From assembly GCA_002633005.1 (NCBI GenBank), contig NMRA01000976.1, positions 17,870 through 81,869 on the forward strand: a DNA stretch of 64,000 nucleotides, written 5' to 3'. The translations under genes were made by a program, and so were the position numbers. Numbering within the stretch: the stretch's first letter is position 1; each line of letters starts with the position of its first letter. Source of the DNA: Phoronis australis. Its lineage: Eukaryota; Animalia; Phoronida. Below the pieces are notes generated by a model, which was not told the origin of the DNA, ran no database searches, and saw only the letters and a program-made list of their open reading frames with translations. Shown here in pieces: positions 1 through 12,257 of the stretch.

Positions 1-1079
1 CTGAGGCGGACCTTTTTGCCTACTAGTACTACGCTAAATGTGGGAGAGCTCGTTCGAGCTCCCTCAGCCTCCCTGGGTACGCGCAAAAGTGGTAATTATG
101 GCATACTTTTGATAAAGTCAACCAAAAATTCCCAAATGTATGTTGTAAGGATCACTCGGCAAGTTTATTAATATGCATAGTTTGCCACGGCAACTAATTT
201 AGGGATAGTGCCACTGATTTGGCATACCAACCGCAAGTCTTAGCTTATGGAAACCTATAGCACTAGGTGCAGGCAGCATTAAAACTAGAATCTAATTAGC
301 ATGCAAATGTACACGAGTTGCTTTGACAACCACTTTTGGATATTGAAGTGTCCCATTGCTTATGATAAGAAGTGCTTTAGGTCATTAAAATTCCTTAAAT
401 TTTCGTCGGTATGTGGCGTGTATGGCTTTTGTGTTCAGTTGTAATTACAAAATACCTGGTTAACATGGCAACGGTGGATGTTTAAGCTTGGCAACTGACC
501 CTCAAATTTGGGAGGGTCAACACAATTGTTTGAGTATGATTGCCTGATAACCATTAAGTCTAACATTTGTGAACTTGACGGTGAGCACATACCTTCATGG
601 TTACCATAGTAATGATACCCAGTTCACCTTAGCAGACTCCCGTAAGTCAATCAAAGTCCTCTTGCAAAGCTAAAGGTTGCCCCCTTTTAACATGAATTTG
701 CCTTCAAACCAGACATTGCCGATTTTGACTAACAATATAAATGCACCTTAACAGCATGCGCACACTGCCCAGGGGTGGGGCTCCAACGAGCACCCCCCCT
801 CATTTGGCAGGGTGGGCAAAAAGGTCCCCTCAGAGAAACAAAAAAGTAGAACTCGAGACAAAAGTCCACCAAAATGGCAGAAACTACCACAATTAGGCGA
901 ATGCACACTTCATGGCTCTGAACATGTCACGTGAATCTTAGTATAAGTTCCACGAGACCCCTCATTTTTTGGACTGACGTGTGCGCACGTACAGTACCAC
1001 GGCAACGGTACACATTTCAGCTTGTTGACTCCCTAAGTTTCAAAGGATTAACGTTTGTACAAACTCATCCATGGTAATG

Positions 1080-1220
1080 CAGTGGCGGATTTAGAGGGGG
1101 GCCAAGGAGGCCATGCCCCCCTAAAATTCTTCCAGATTCCGTTAGATAGTTCGGAGGTGCCAATGCCTGAAGGGCAAAATCTGCCTTGCCCCCCAACTCA
1201 AAATCCTGGATCCGCCCCTG
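1080..1220. mobile_element. Short MITE with CAG...CTG termini and 5-bp TSD (hAT5-like)
   Basis: Inverted ends cagtggcggat.../...atccgcccctg with TAATG on both sides. Related copies at 1567, 11074, 22108 and ~29500. Confidence 0.7.
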
Positions 1221-1566
1221 TAATGAAATAGCATACGTATTGCAAGAGAATCATCCCTCACTATTTTTTACTTTGAATGCTCAACGGAAATGAAATTAGG
1301 GACGTTCTCGCTTAGCAAGGGCGTCTTGGCCCATCCCGAACTATACCGTTGCCCCGACGAGTCTGTCAGTGAACTAACTCTCGGATTACACGATTATTAG
1401 TCCATAGTGCCGCTAAATATTAAATTGTTTCTTCGCAACTTTGGACTTTCAAGTTACTGTTATGGTTCGCTTTTGGAGAGCCTCCCGCGTTTCGATGATC
1501 GATTTGTCCCACAAGGGCATCAGAATTTCCCGCTTTTTCGGATACACACGAATTTTACACGTTATT

Positions 1567-1723
1567 CAGGGGAGGATCCAGGATTTTTAGTTAGGGGGGG
1601 GGGTGCAGGGCAGACTATCAGCCAGAATTTTGCCCGTCAGACATTCGCACCAGCCAATTGCCAAATGGAATCTTGGAGTTTTAGGGGGGGGGCATGGCCC
1701 CCTTGCCTCTAAATCCGCCACTG
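1567..1723. mobile_element. MITE of the same family as 1080-1220, opposite orientation
   Basis: caggggaggatccaggattt...aaatccgccactg; TSD is degraded. Confidence 0.65.
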
Positions 1724-2470
1724 ATTATCCTACAGTTTTCATTTCGTGCACTTCAAGTCCACACCAGAACACCTATTTCGCCTTTCACAGGCACTACTAA
1801 ATATGGAAACAACGCCTCCGGGATTATCTGGATGTTGCAGCGGGCACAGCGGTAGTAGGATCCGTCCGAAAGTCAACGTCATCCATTGCCACGTAGTCAC
1901 AGGAATACTCTTGACGAATTAACAGTCCTGCTTGGGGATTCTGAGATACACTGAGCCGCAGACGGCCCAAGAGGTGGCACGGCAACACGCAAATACATCG
2001 AAATATCTTTGAGGGTTTTCAATTAAGTAATGTCTACACGAAAAGCAAAAGAAAAATCAATTCAATTTATACACAAGGTAACATAGCCCAAAATAAACTA
2101 AGGACTAGAATGCAGTCGCAGTAAAACAATAAATCTTCAATACCAAAACTTATTTAACTCAGCGAGTGTAATTGAGTCTCTTTATATTGTTGCATAATTT
2201 TACAGCACTCACAATAAAGCCACTCACAGACTTCCAGACTACTTCCAAGATAGGTTGTACAACTCATACAACAGAACTTGAAGCTACAGACAGGAATTAT
2301 GCGGCAACAAGGGCGTTTCAACGATATCAATACTTGATGCTTTATGCAATAGTACCATACGCTGTTGTATTCAGAACAGGGAAAAAGATAAGAAAATTTG
2401 AAAAAACTGAAGAACTTCTGATTTGTAGAAAATTCAAGCAAATCCCACAATGCATATGGAGTTGTGAATT

Positions 2471-2612
2471 CATGGGCAGCGCAGCCCTGAAAAAAGTGGG
2501 GGGCTAAAGCCCTTCAGTCCCCTGTGGTGCACCGCCTATAGACCATGTGCAACATAGCACGGGAAAAAGTGGGGGGCTATAGCCCCCAGCCCCCTATGGT
2601 GCGCCGCCCATG
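2471..2612. mobile_element. MITE with CATGGGC termini and 5-bp TSD GAATT
   Basis: gaatt|catgggcagcgca...tgcgccgcccatg|gaatt, with an internal duplication of the right end. Confidence 0.7.
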
Positions 2613-2671
2613 GAATTGCCAAAGAAAAGAGCAACAAGGAAACTACTGAATTTTAATCAAACACACTTCCA

Positions 2672-2677
2672 TTTATT
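2672..2677 (-). terminator. Candidate poly(A) signal of the zinc-finger gene
   Basis: AATAAA on the minus strand about 1.1 kb after the stop codon, followed by GT/T-rich sequence. Confidence 0.35.
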
Positions 2678-3761
2678 TTACCCATAATCCAACTAATTTA
2701 CACCTACGGACAATAGATAGCGCCACTCGACAGTCAGCATACAAAGCAATGGTAATGTCACATGGCCCTAACGTTGATGTGTTTATATGCTTAAGCCTTG
2801 CATGCAAGTTATTTATGCCATGAGCTCAGTACACAAATATAGACTGATCCCCAGGGTGTTATTAGGCCACATGGAACGGGGGAATACCCTCTTTCAGTCT
2901 GTATGTCCAATAATCCACTGGGTTTACTCTCCTTATATCACATGTCCAATGACGCTTCACACCTCGATTTGTCGTTTCTCAAAATACTGGCATGTTCATA
3001 CCTGTTCACTTCCTTGCCGGGGTTTATGGTTTCAGCCGTCTGATTGGTCAAATCACGAATTACCAGATTCCACATTTGGGTGACACATGATATTTCCACG
3101 ATCGGTCAGTCAACACTGTATCATAATGGAAGTTATTGTGCCATGCTTTCACCATTAAGAGTCAAGACATATCAGTGGACGTATAAAAATATTTAATTAT
3201 ACATTGGACCTGTCATTTTCATTAAGTGCTCGCCATAGTATTAAAAAATTCTTCAGTTCTGATGCTTGAACAATACCCAAACATCCCACTGTGTGGACGA
3301 GATTGCTGTGGCTAAAATCCAACGACTGGGGAAAGATATGAACTAACTACAACTTACAATTTAGCCACAACTAACAGAGACATAAAATATCAAATAACCA
3401 ATGGAAATTTGTTGGAAATACTTTCCATCAGCAAATGACAAAAAAAATTATATAATAACAAAACGAAACATAGCACCCTGCATAAAATAAGTAGAAACAT
3501 CAAGATTTTTTCAAGCACTGACTGGCTTACATGTAAGTAATGGAAATGTACACCTCATGGCATAACAGATAGGTGATCAATGACTTCACATTGCAAGGTC
3601 TAACACTAACAAGCTTTGATTCACATCATACAATAGTACTCCCTTTCCCATGGTATCACCATACCTCTCCTTGAGGTGGAACACTAATTTGTTATACACG
3701 TTCATGTGACCAAGCATACATATAACAACTTTCAACTCCACTAAACACTTGCAGTCTAAGA

Positions 3762-5274
3762 CTATGGTTTATCTGGATGTTTTGTCTTCATGTGCCAGTT
3801 AAGTGAAGCTTTTTGTCGACAACAAAAACCACATAAATAACAAACAACTGGCTTCTCATCGCTATGTATCCTCATGTGAATGCGGAGTGCATACGGTTTC
3901 TTGAACCACTTGCCGCAGCCTTCCCACGTACAGGGGTACTCTCGCTTGTTCTCATGAACAGTAGCTACATGCTTTTTAACTAAGGTAATTTTATCGGACC
4001 TATAAGAACAACCCTCATATGTGCACACATGGCTCTGGATGGTTTCGTGTTTTGATTTCCTGTGTATATAGAGCTGGTTGGCATTGGGCAGCATCTCACC
4101 ACAGTCAGAACACATAGTTGGCTCATAAAACTCCACTTTTGAAATATGCCCGCGAACTACACTTAATGATTTGGATGTGTAACCACAAATTTTACAGCGA
4201 TATTTGTATACCACTCGAGACTGGTCACCACTTGCTCCACCCGTTTCGAGACCTTCACGTGCCTCAGTAGCAATACGGTCACCACGGCCTTGACTTTGAG
4301 TAGGCTGCTCAGAAGAATCCAAATGAGAAGACAGAGAACTAGCGCCACTCAAACCCTCTCGGCGTTTTTCTGGCGATTCAGATGCGTATTCGTGAAAAGC
4401 CTCTAAATAAGGTTTGAATTTCACACTAGTAATAGTGCACCGTTCATCGTCTAATCTATAATACAATTCGCTGATTTTCCGCTCTTTATATGGTGTTCTG
4501 CCTTTCTTTTCTCTCTTCGGCTTCTTGACGCTTTCTTTTTTTTTCTTTGGCTTAGGCTTTTTTACCCTTACTTGGCGAACAACATTTTCTTTTTTCTTCA
4601 CCTTTGCTTTTTTAACCTCCTCCTCATCCGAATCCAAACTGTTGTCAGTCTTGTACTCAAACTCGGACAAATCACTTGCCACATAATCTGGGTCATCTTC
4701 TGAATCAACCTCACCAATCCTTTTGCGTTTCTTACGACAACACTGACCCCTACCAAACTGATTATTTGCACGAACTTTAGAATCGGCTGCGTCTGAATCA
4801 CCAACATTTGAACCATTTGTTTGCATACCACCACATTCATTGGTTTCAACTGATTCTATCTCAGAGTCATTTTCACATTCATCAGTTTCTGAACCAGAAT
4901 GCTCATTCTCCTGACAGTTTCTCATCTCAGAGTCCCGTGAGTCGCACAAATCCGTCACAGAATCACGTTTATCAAAACACTTCACCTCGCCCTCTTCACG
5001 AACCGCTGCACCGGGATCGTACCCATCGACTTCAACCTCCATTTTTAGAACAACTGCATCGCTTAATGTATCAGTCTTGCAGGTTTTCATGTTACGTGTC
5101 ACAGCATAGTCAGAACTACTCTCCTTTGCAATCCCACCTCCCAAGTTCAAAGCAGTGGAGTCTGGGAAACTAGAATGAGTATATGTTCCCATTTTCGCTA
5201 TTCTGCTTCCGTTATCTGTGGCTATTTTATCACTCAACTGAGAAGGTGCAATCAAAGTGGATCCTTTCACAAAC
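3762..5274 (-). CDS. Last coding exon of a C2H2 zinc-finger protein, ZFP91/ZNF692/ZNF653/ZNF276 family
   Basis: Long ORF with acidic and Lys-rich tracts and about five C-terminal C2H2 fingers (the first is atypical). The last finger, EKPVVCYLCGFCCRQKASLNWHMKTKH, matches the family signature EKPLQCEICGFTCRQKASLNWHMKKH. A phase-2 acceptor ttttag|G lies at 5276-5275, so the GTG start in the ORF track is not the real start. Confidence 0.92.
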
Positions 5275-8110
5275 CTAAAAATTTAATGAAATCGTGATAA
5301 AATTATCTTGACCATTAGAGGCAAGTAGAACGATTTCTTCAGTATTCAGAATACAGTTTAATACCTTTAATTGAACGACCATCAAAGTGACTCGGAAGTC
5401 ACAAAATCTTAATAAAGTTATATATTTCGGACGGCTTTATAATAATTAAACGAAGCGCCAGTAGAAAAGCTTTCCGTTCAGAAACAACTAACTTTTGACC
5501 AATGCATCACTGACGCTATAAAACCGGTGTCAACTTGTTCCTTAATCAAATGAGAATAGTTTTTGAATTTACAAAATGCCAACTGTTTGTTACTGCCCAA
5601 GACGATGCTTGGAGAATAAACTGACAAGCCATCACGACAAGACTTGCACAGTCTCGTCTCAAGAATTAACGAGCTGTCAGTTCATTTGAAGCCCAAACTA
5701 ATGAATAATTCCAGACCAATTGGCTTAAATCAAAAGGTTTTTGTGATGGAAGGTGACTTTATAGCTGCTTAAGCGGAGCTCTAATTAAGCAACGATCAAC
5801 AAATTTTGCCTGGGAAATTTGTAACCTCCAGCAATGTCACATAGTGACAATGATTGAAAGGGTTCATAGTGGCTGATTATAAAATTACATTACACGATAG
5901 CATATCTTCCGAGTCTGAATACTGTCAATGGGGCTCTTTATATCCAATCCATTTTGGAATTTTCCATTATTGAGTTGCTCCACCCACAATTCACAGTCAA
6001 CCAAAACATTCCCCCTCACAGTTTCCAACCCTGTGTTAGTGCCAGCTATAGTGACTAACAATTCCGCCAATTGTATTATTTATAGTGAGACAGCTGAGTG
6101 TCATATGAGCACATGTTTAGATAAAAAATGTGACTTAAAATCTCATCGATCACAGTATACTTATCATAGTTTCAATAATTAGCAAATACATTATATAACG
6201 AAGCTCACAAAGTGTGCAAAGCACTGATGACCATAACAATAACAAGGGAAGGGCAAGTCATTCACAAAAACTCAAAGCACTGAATATAAGATATATGTAA
6301 CCCCATGTGAAAAAATTCTGTCAAATTTCGTTAAGACCCTTCATCAAACTTGGTAGGTATTGAGGCGAACAGAAACATTAAAACTGCCATTAGAAAGGGT
6401 AACAGCAGTCGAACTTGTTCAAAAATCTTCATCAGCTTGCTTTCTATAAATAGAGATGGATTCATTATCAAGATTTTTCAAACTACCATAAAGGGGAGTA
6501 ACAGCAGTCAAGCATGGTAAAAAATCTTCATCAGAATGCTTTGCGTCAATGAAAACACCATCATAATCATGCATACAGAAACAGAATGCAAAAAAAAAGA
6601 CAACGAAATATTAAAACTGCATCATTCTGCAAATTCAATGTCACACTTTTTCTTGATGTTTGACAGCCCTGCGGAATTATCTCCATTTCTCAACTCAGAT
6701 TAAACACCATATTGCCAGGAAAGAATTCCTCAATCAGCAATTAGAAAACAAGTGACTGCATGGGCGTGTCGCAGTAGGCAGAAAAGATAGAGAAGGACTT
6801 TGCCATCCTGGACAATCAAAATGTCGGGGCAAAACCGAGATGTGACAATAAATTCACCGAGTTTACTGTACCACTACGGTAACACATTAGTATTGTCACT
6901 TACGTTGTCGACTGTTCAGTGTGTGCTTGGTCTTCTTCTGCCCTCGACAGTGGCAAACCAATTTCACTGCAATTGCAGATGCAAAGAGCACACACTTAAA
7001 AGTAAAAAGAATACAGGAATATTTTTCATGAGACTGCAGTACATAAAAACTTGTGTTTCTGGCAAAATCACAAAAAGAGCCTTTAATAGCGAGTTATCTG
7101 ATTTGTCAAAGAACAAGAGCAACGCAGAGCATTGACATGCGCCTGCCGTGTGTATCATTATATAATGCATATGCAAATATGTGTATGTGAGCACTTTATA
7201 ATCATCCTTAAGTAGTCTGGCCAAATGAGGAGCAGACGCCAAAAAAGACTCCAAAACAGTGCTGCAGGTAAAAATTATTCAGGGTTTTTAAGGGTTGTTG
7301 TGTGATAAAAATTTCATTGAGACACTGTGGGTTCCATTTTAATAACAAAAAATATTGAGTAAAGAGTCAAAGAAACTGTACCTTTATGTAGAAAGTATCT
7401 CAAAAGGGATCTTTATTAAATAATTTTTAAAAATTACTTAATAGCATTGCATCTTGAAAATAATCTCACTGTACACCAAATTAAATTTTAAATTGAATTT
7501 TAGTAATATTTAAATAAAAGGACTAGTGACTACAAAAATACCTATAAATTGTCAATTTTTATGTTAAAAACAATTTAGATGAAGGCTTGAAGCATGTAGG
7601 ATTAGCAGAGACACCAGTACTTACGAGTCTACTTTACTTAAGTGTCTAGATGGTGAACACGGAATCCTAGTTTAGATGTTTAAATTTGAGTCAAGGTGTA
7701 CATTTGGATGCCCACTAGATGATGGATTGAACCATCTCGCTTGTTCAAGCTGCCTTTATTGTCCCATTTTTGACATCTCTATAGGTGACAATATTAAAAG
7801 CCGATGCCCTTGTGTCAATGTGTAGCTGCATATTTTTGGCTTTCCCATGGATCCACGTGAGGTAACCAAGACCATAAACCCTTTGTTAAGGTGTATTTAG
7901 TTCCCAGTTGAACTGCATGTCAGTTTCAAAACGCCTACAGTGTGAGTGGGCCACACCCATCATTTACAGGCGTCCCAAAGTTCTAAGCCAATATCTAGTT
8001 ACTCCCCTCAAGCCCAAAATGATAACCGATTAGTTAGCTAGAACACAACATCCTGTAAATGACTTCCAAATTTTTATTAAAATATTAGAAATACGAGGGT
8101 CAAAACTTAC

Positions 8111-8215
8111 CCAGGAAAGGGTTCCTCTGACTCAGACGCCGTGTCTGTAGATGACGATGATGGTGACATGACTGTTTGCAGCTCTGACGGCTGTCCTTGA
8201 CCAGAAGCGTGGTAA
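8111..8215 (-). CDS. Internal coding exon (105 nt, phase 2-2) of the zinc-finger gene
   Basis: Acceptor atattttcag| and donor GG|gtaagt. Open frame (S)YHASGQGQPSELQTVMSPSSSSTDTASESEEPFP(G). It joins both flanking exons in frame: 197+105+1513=1815 nt, giving 604 aa. Confidence 0.75.
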
Positions 8216-9293
8216 CTGAAAATATGTTTCGTGTCAAAACCACTTTTTGTGCCAGCACAAGAACGCAATTAACATGCCAAGAATTGTATGATGACACTTG
8301 GCTTACCTCAAAATGTAACTGCTGCCTGGTGGTTTGGTAATTGCCCCAGTTATGTTGTACATGCATCAGGATTAATGAGGAACATACTATTGAAACATTA
8401 AATGCTTTAGGTTGTTAAAGTCATATTTCTTGTCCAATTTGCAAACTTCAAAAACCTAATCATGTGTTTTTCGCAATGTGTTAAATATGAACTTTCAAAA
8501 CGAAAATCTAAAAATACTATCATTGCCTGCAATGTGTTTATGAGTCTCACTATCCAGAGAATGATAACATCAGAAGTGCGAGGCGATTTAACTAACCCCA
8601 ACAGCTGATGGTCGGTGTCTTTGATTTGAACCAGCAAATTCTGAGGTATGCAAACTGGTAGAGTTGCCCTATCTCGACTGGCTAGGGTGTCAATGAAGGA
8701 TTCTTCTCATGGTATGCAGAATGGTAAGCGTATTGTTATTTCACTCTAGCTTTAATGTATGGATTGAACCACGCTTGTATTGCAATCTCTATGATCAGCA
8801 TTCAAATGTAGATTGCAACACGAAATCTGCAACTTACAGTTCCAGGTCATATAGGTATAGGCAAGGAACGCTGGAACCATTTGCACTAAATTCCAGTAAT
8901 CAATTAACAGTATGAACATTTCTGAAAGACCCTCAAGGCACTCTTTTAAAAATTTGCTGCACGTGACAATACAGGTCAAATCGCTATTTGCTCCTAGGTA
9001 TAGACCACGGAAATCCCAGAGCTGATTTTGATTGCTCTCAGGTCTATCAGGTTCTCTGACTGTCAAAGCAGATTGGTCAGTTTGGAAATTAGCTAAATCA
9101 GAGATCATCTAAAATTGTTTCGCAGGAAATTCAAGTGGTTGGTAAAACATGGAAAAAATAAGTTTTTCAAAAATGATTTTTAGCTATTCACTTCAATCAA
9201 AAGTGTTAATCTGTTTCCGAAAGAAGTCTTCAAACTTACCAAACTAGCGAAAGAAAGCAAACTTACCTGTCTAGCAGAGAAATACAAACTTAC

Positions 9294-9490
9294 CTATCTA
9301 GCAAAACCCGGGCAAACTCGGCATTACTGGGGATGTTCAACGCCACTCGGATGGAAATCCAGCGTGCAATTTCGTCTCCAATGCTAATCCTTGAGATGTT
9401 ACTCCTTCTATTTCCTTCAGCTTTTCGCTTCTTCTTCTCTGATAGCGGCAGAAGATCCCTTTGGTCACCACTGTCACCCGTGTCGGCCAT
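9294..9490 (-). CDS. First coding exon of the zinc-finger gene (ZNF692/ZNF653-like N-terminal domain)
   Basis: Start context aaaATGG. Encodes MADTG...KKKRKAEGNRRSNISRISIGDEIARWISIRVALNIPSNAEFARVLLD, resembling the ZNF692 N-terminus (RIRLGGHMEQW...SQLAKFLLDRY). Ends at a phase-2 donor AG|gtaagt. Confidence 0.8.
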
Positions 9491-11073
9491 TTTTGCGACA
9501 GCACTGGTATGATCACTTGAAATGTAAATCACTCTCACCACGAGAGTGTAACCTGAGTGGTTGTTTATTGTAAAGTCACGGGTGGCAGTCCCAACCTGTT
9601 AACGGTTTCATTGGTTTTGGGCCAAGAGTGCAACACCTGAAAACAAAGAGCATGATGTTAGGCCAAAGACTTCATGGATCGTGCACGTGTCCAATGAAAC
9701 AGATTCCAAAGTGAATTGTCCACGTTTTATGACAATGCCAAAAGCAGCGGGATTCACCAAAAAGTGAATACAGACAGCCACATAATTGCCAGTATCCACA
9801 ACATTGCTGTCGGTCAAGGCTCACACTCTCCTGAGGGAAATGTGCCTATGCCTCAAAGGATACTAAACCCTGTTTAGATGATTTCAAGCAATCCTTGTTC
9901 TGTCACCTGCTAATGCATCGATCTAGAAAGATAAAGAAAGGAATCACCTAAAAACTCATACTTTCTAACTCACAAATTGTATATTACGGTCTTAAAGGGT
10001 GGTCTTTTACCACAGTTGCCATGTAATTCACAGGTCACGCTTGCCCGTTAAGCAGACTTTGAAAGGAGTTTTCAAATTTTGCTCCGAACTTTTGAGGGTT
10101 GTCGAGGGTTACAGAGCATTATTTTGTTTCAGAGAACTGCATGGGAAAGTTGTTCTTAGTATCTGTTAAGGCCAAAACCGGGTTCGGTATCCTTTTAAGA
10201 GACGATTTTATAGGAAATCTCCCAGTTGCAACCAATTTAACCCCACCCTGGTCATCACCAAATCCCCACTGAATCATGTAGCTTAAGTACAGGTTTCAAA
10301 GCATCCCTTACAAACCCTTAGAACAGACCAGGGATGTGAACACTGAAAAGGCTAGACTGTGAAAGATGATTTTCGCAGTTAACGAAAGCTTCTGAATGCC
10401 AGGGTTGGTATGACATGAAAATCGTACTAACCTTGAGGGGAAATGTTTAGCCAACACTGAATGAACAATTTAACCAATTCCTCCAGTTGCAAGGTATTCA
10501 AAATTTGAATCGCCAATGGAAGTGTTACTATTCTCAGAAACCCATCAGTAGAATAACAAGTGTTGCACGCAATATTCAGAATCATGCTTTGGGTGGTCAC
10601 ACGACACCATTCTTATGAATTTCCAGCCATAAATAGTCATATCAGGCGACAGTTGAGCAATCGAGAGCATCTCCCAGGACTCAGTGTCAGCATAGATTAT
10701 AGACAGCAGATTTGCCACTCTGACATTTTCTAGGATACTATCCTAGAAGAGGCGCCACTCTAATACACTACCAATTTCAGTTTTCTGTTATAGTGTATAG
10801 TGACAGGAAATTCTCGCATCTATTTCATTGTCCAGTACAACGAAAAAAAAATTGGCATTGAAACGCTGAGCAATTAGTCTTACAATAATGGAACTGTTGG
10901 TATTGTGAGTACTTTTGGCACCCGACAACACAACAGCCGACCATGATTAGCTGGAATTAAAACTTGCTAATTTTGCCAGGTATCGCTAGTGAACAATGAC
11001 GTCACGGCTCATGCGATAGATCCCAGATTTCGTCTATTGAAAATATATACGAAGTTGGCTATGCAAGTTAGGT

Positions 11074-11244
11074 CAGATGCGGATTTAGGGGGGAGGGGTG
11101 CCAAGAGGGCCATGGCCCCCTTAAAATTTTCCAGAGATTCCACTTTGCAGTTCAGGGGTCCGAATGTTTGATGGGCAAAATCCTGGCTATAATAATCTTC
11201 CCTGCCCACCCCCCCTCCAACTCGAAATCCTGGATTCAACCCTG
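11074..11244. mobile_element. MITE of the same family as 1080-1220
   Basis: gcggatttagggggg...ggccatggccccc...aaatcctggattcaaccctg. Confidence 0.6.
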
Positions 11245-11843
11245 TAACTTGTCTCGACGTACCATGGGGATGTTATCCACCAAGAATGGTCTATTTATTT
11301 ACGGACTGCCATTTCTTTTCAAACCCAAAATTGACTTGTCATCTGAACAACATCTAAGAAAAACCTTGAAACCGACTTAACATGGTCAGAATCACAAGTT
11401 TGTTTCTAAAATAGAAAGCGAGTTTATAACAACTGTTAGTGTAAATTGTTTTTGACGAGGTTAAAACTTCTTACTTTGCAGCTGAAATTTGGTTGTAGGC
11501 CTAACTACACTAAATGGACATCGAAGTTCAGTGATTAGTGTATTGGGAACGATCCAAAGAAGCTGAAGACGCCTGTGTACACGGCCATGTAATCCTGTCC
11601 AAGAGAATGGCCATGTGACAACAAAAACCTCAAAAGATTATACTAATTAGGAGAATTGCATGTGGAACCAGAGTCTGAAGACTCTGAAGCCTTCAGAGTC
11701 TGAAGGGTACCTGAATTTCCTGCAGAAATTACGTCTTGCAAGCACTCCAATTAGTCATAGACAATGACCATCGTCTCTGCTGGCTTCGCTAGCAGAGACG
11801 ATGGTCATTGACTATCCAAGTCAAGGACAATCACCGTCTCTAC

Positions 11844-11901
11844 TAGGCAATGACCATCGCCTCTGTTGGCCCGGGCCAACAGAGGCGATGGTCATTGCCT
11901 A
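11844..11901. mobile_element. 58-bp perfect palindrome with TAG...CTA ends and 9-bp TSD (Academ/AcademH-like mini element)
   Basis: Two 29-nt arms are exact reverse complements. CGTCTCTAC is repeated directly at 11835-11843 and 11902-11910. A related hairpin lies at 11758-11814. Confidence 0.7.
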
Positions 11902-12257
11902 CGTCTCTACTAGCTGGCCAAGGCCAGCTGGACGGTGATCAATTTCTATCCATCCAAGCCACAGGCGTTCTCAGCTTCTGATCGGGACGATCAGAAGCTG
12001 TGCACTCTAAGTGTTAGCAAAGACGAATCCCTCGGTACTAACAAGCATATAACCAGGCCCCGGAACTTAACTTCCTCACGATATTTTTAGAACTCTCTTC
12101 TCATTGTACGTTTCCCATGTGGTAAAATTGCAACCTCGAGATTTCACGGAACTGGCCGCGAGAGTTTGCACTGTGAATTTCCGGTAGTCTGCTACCCTCT
12201 GACACAGCGCCACCTAGAGTGTAGTAGTCTGCTCCAGTGTTATGAGATACATAGCTC

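Noticed and set aside
7625-7666. Possible 42-nt phase 2-2 cassette exon of the zinc-finger gene (IPCSPSRHLSKVD)
   Set aside because: The donor is good and the frame is open, but the acceptor has no polypyrimidine tract. It cannot be supported without RNA data.
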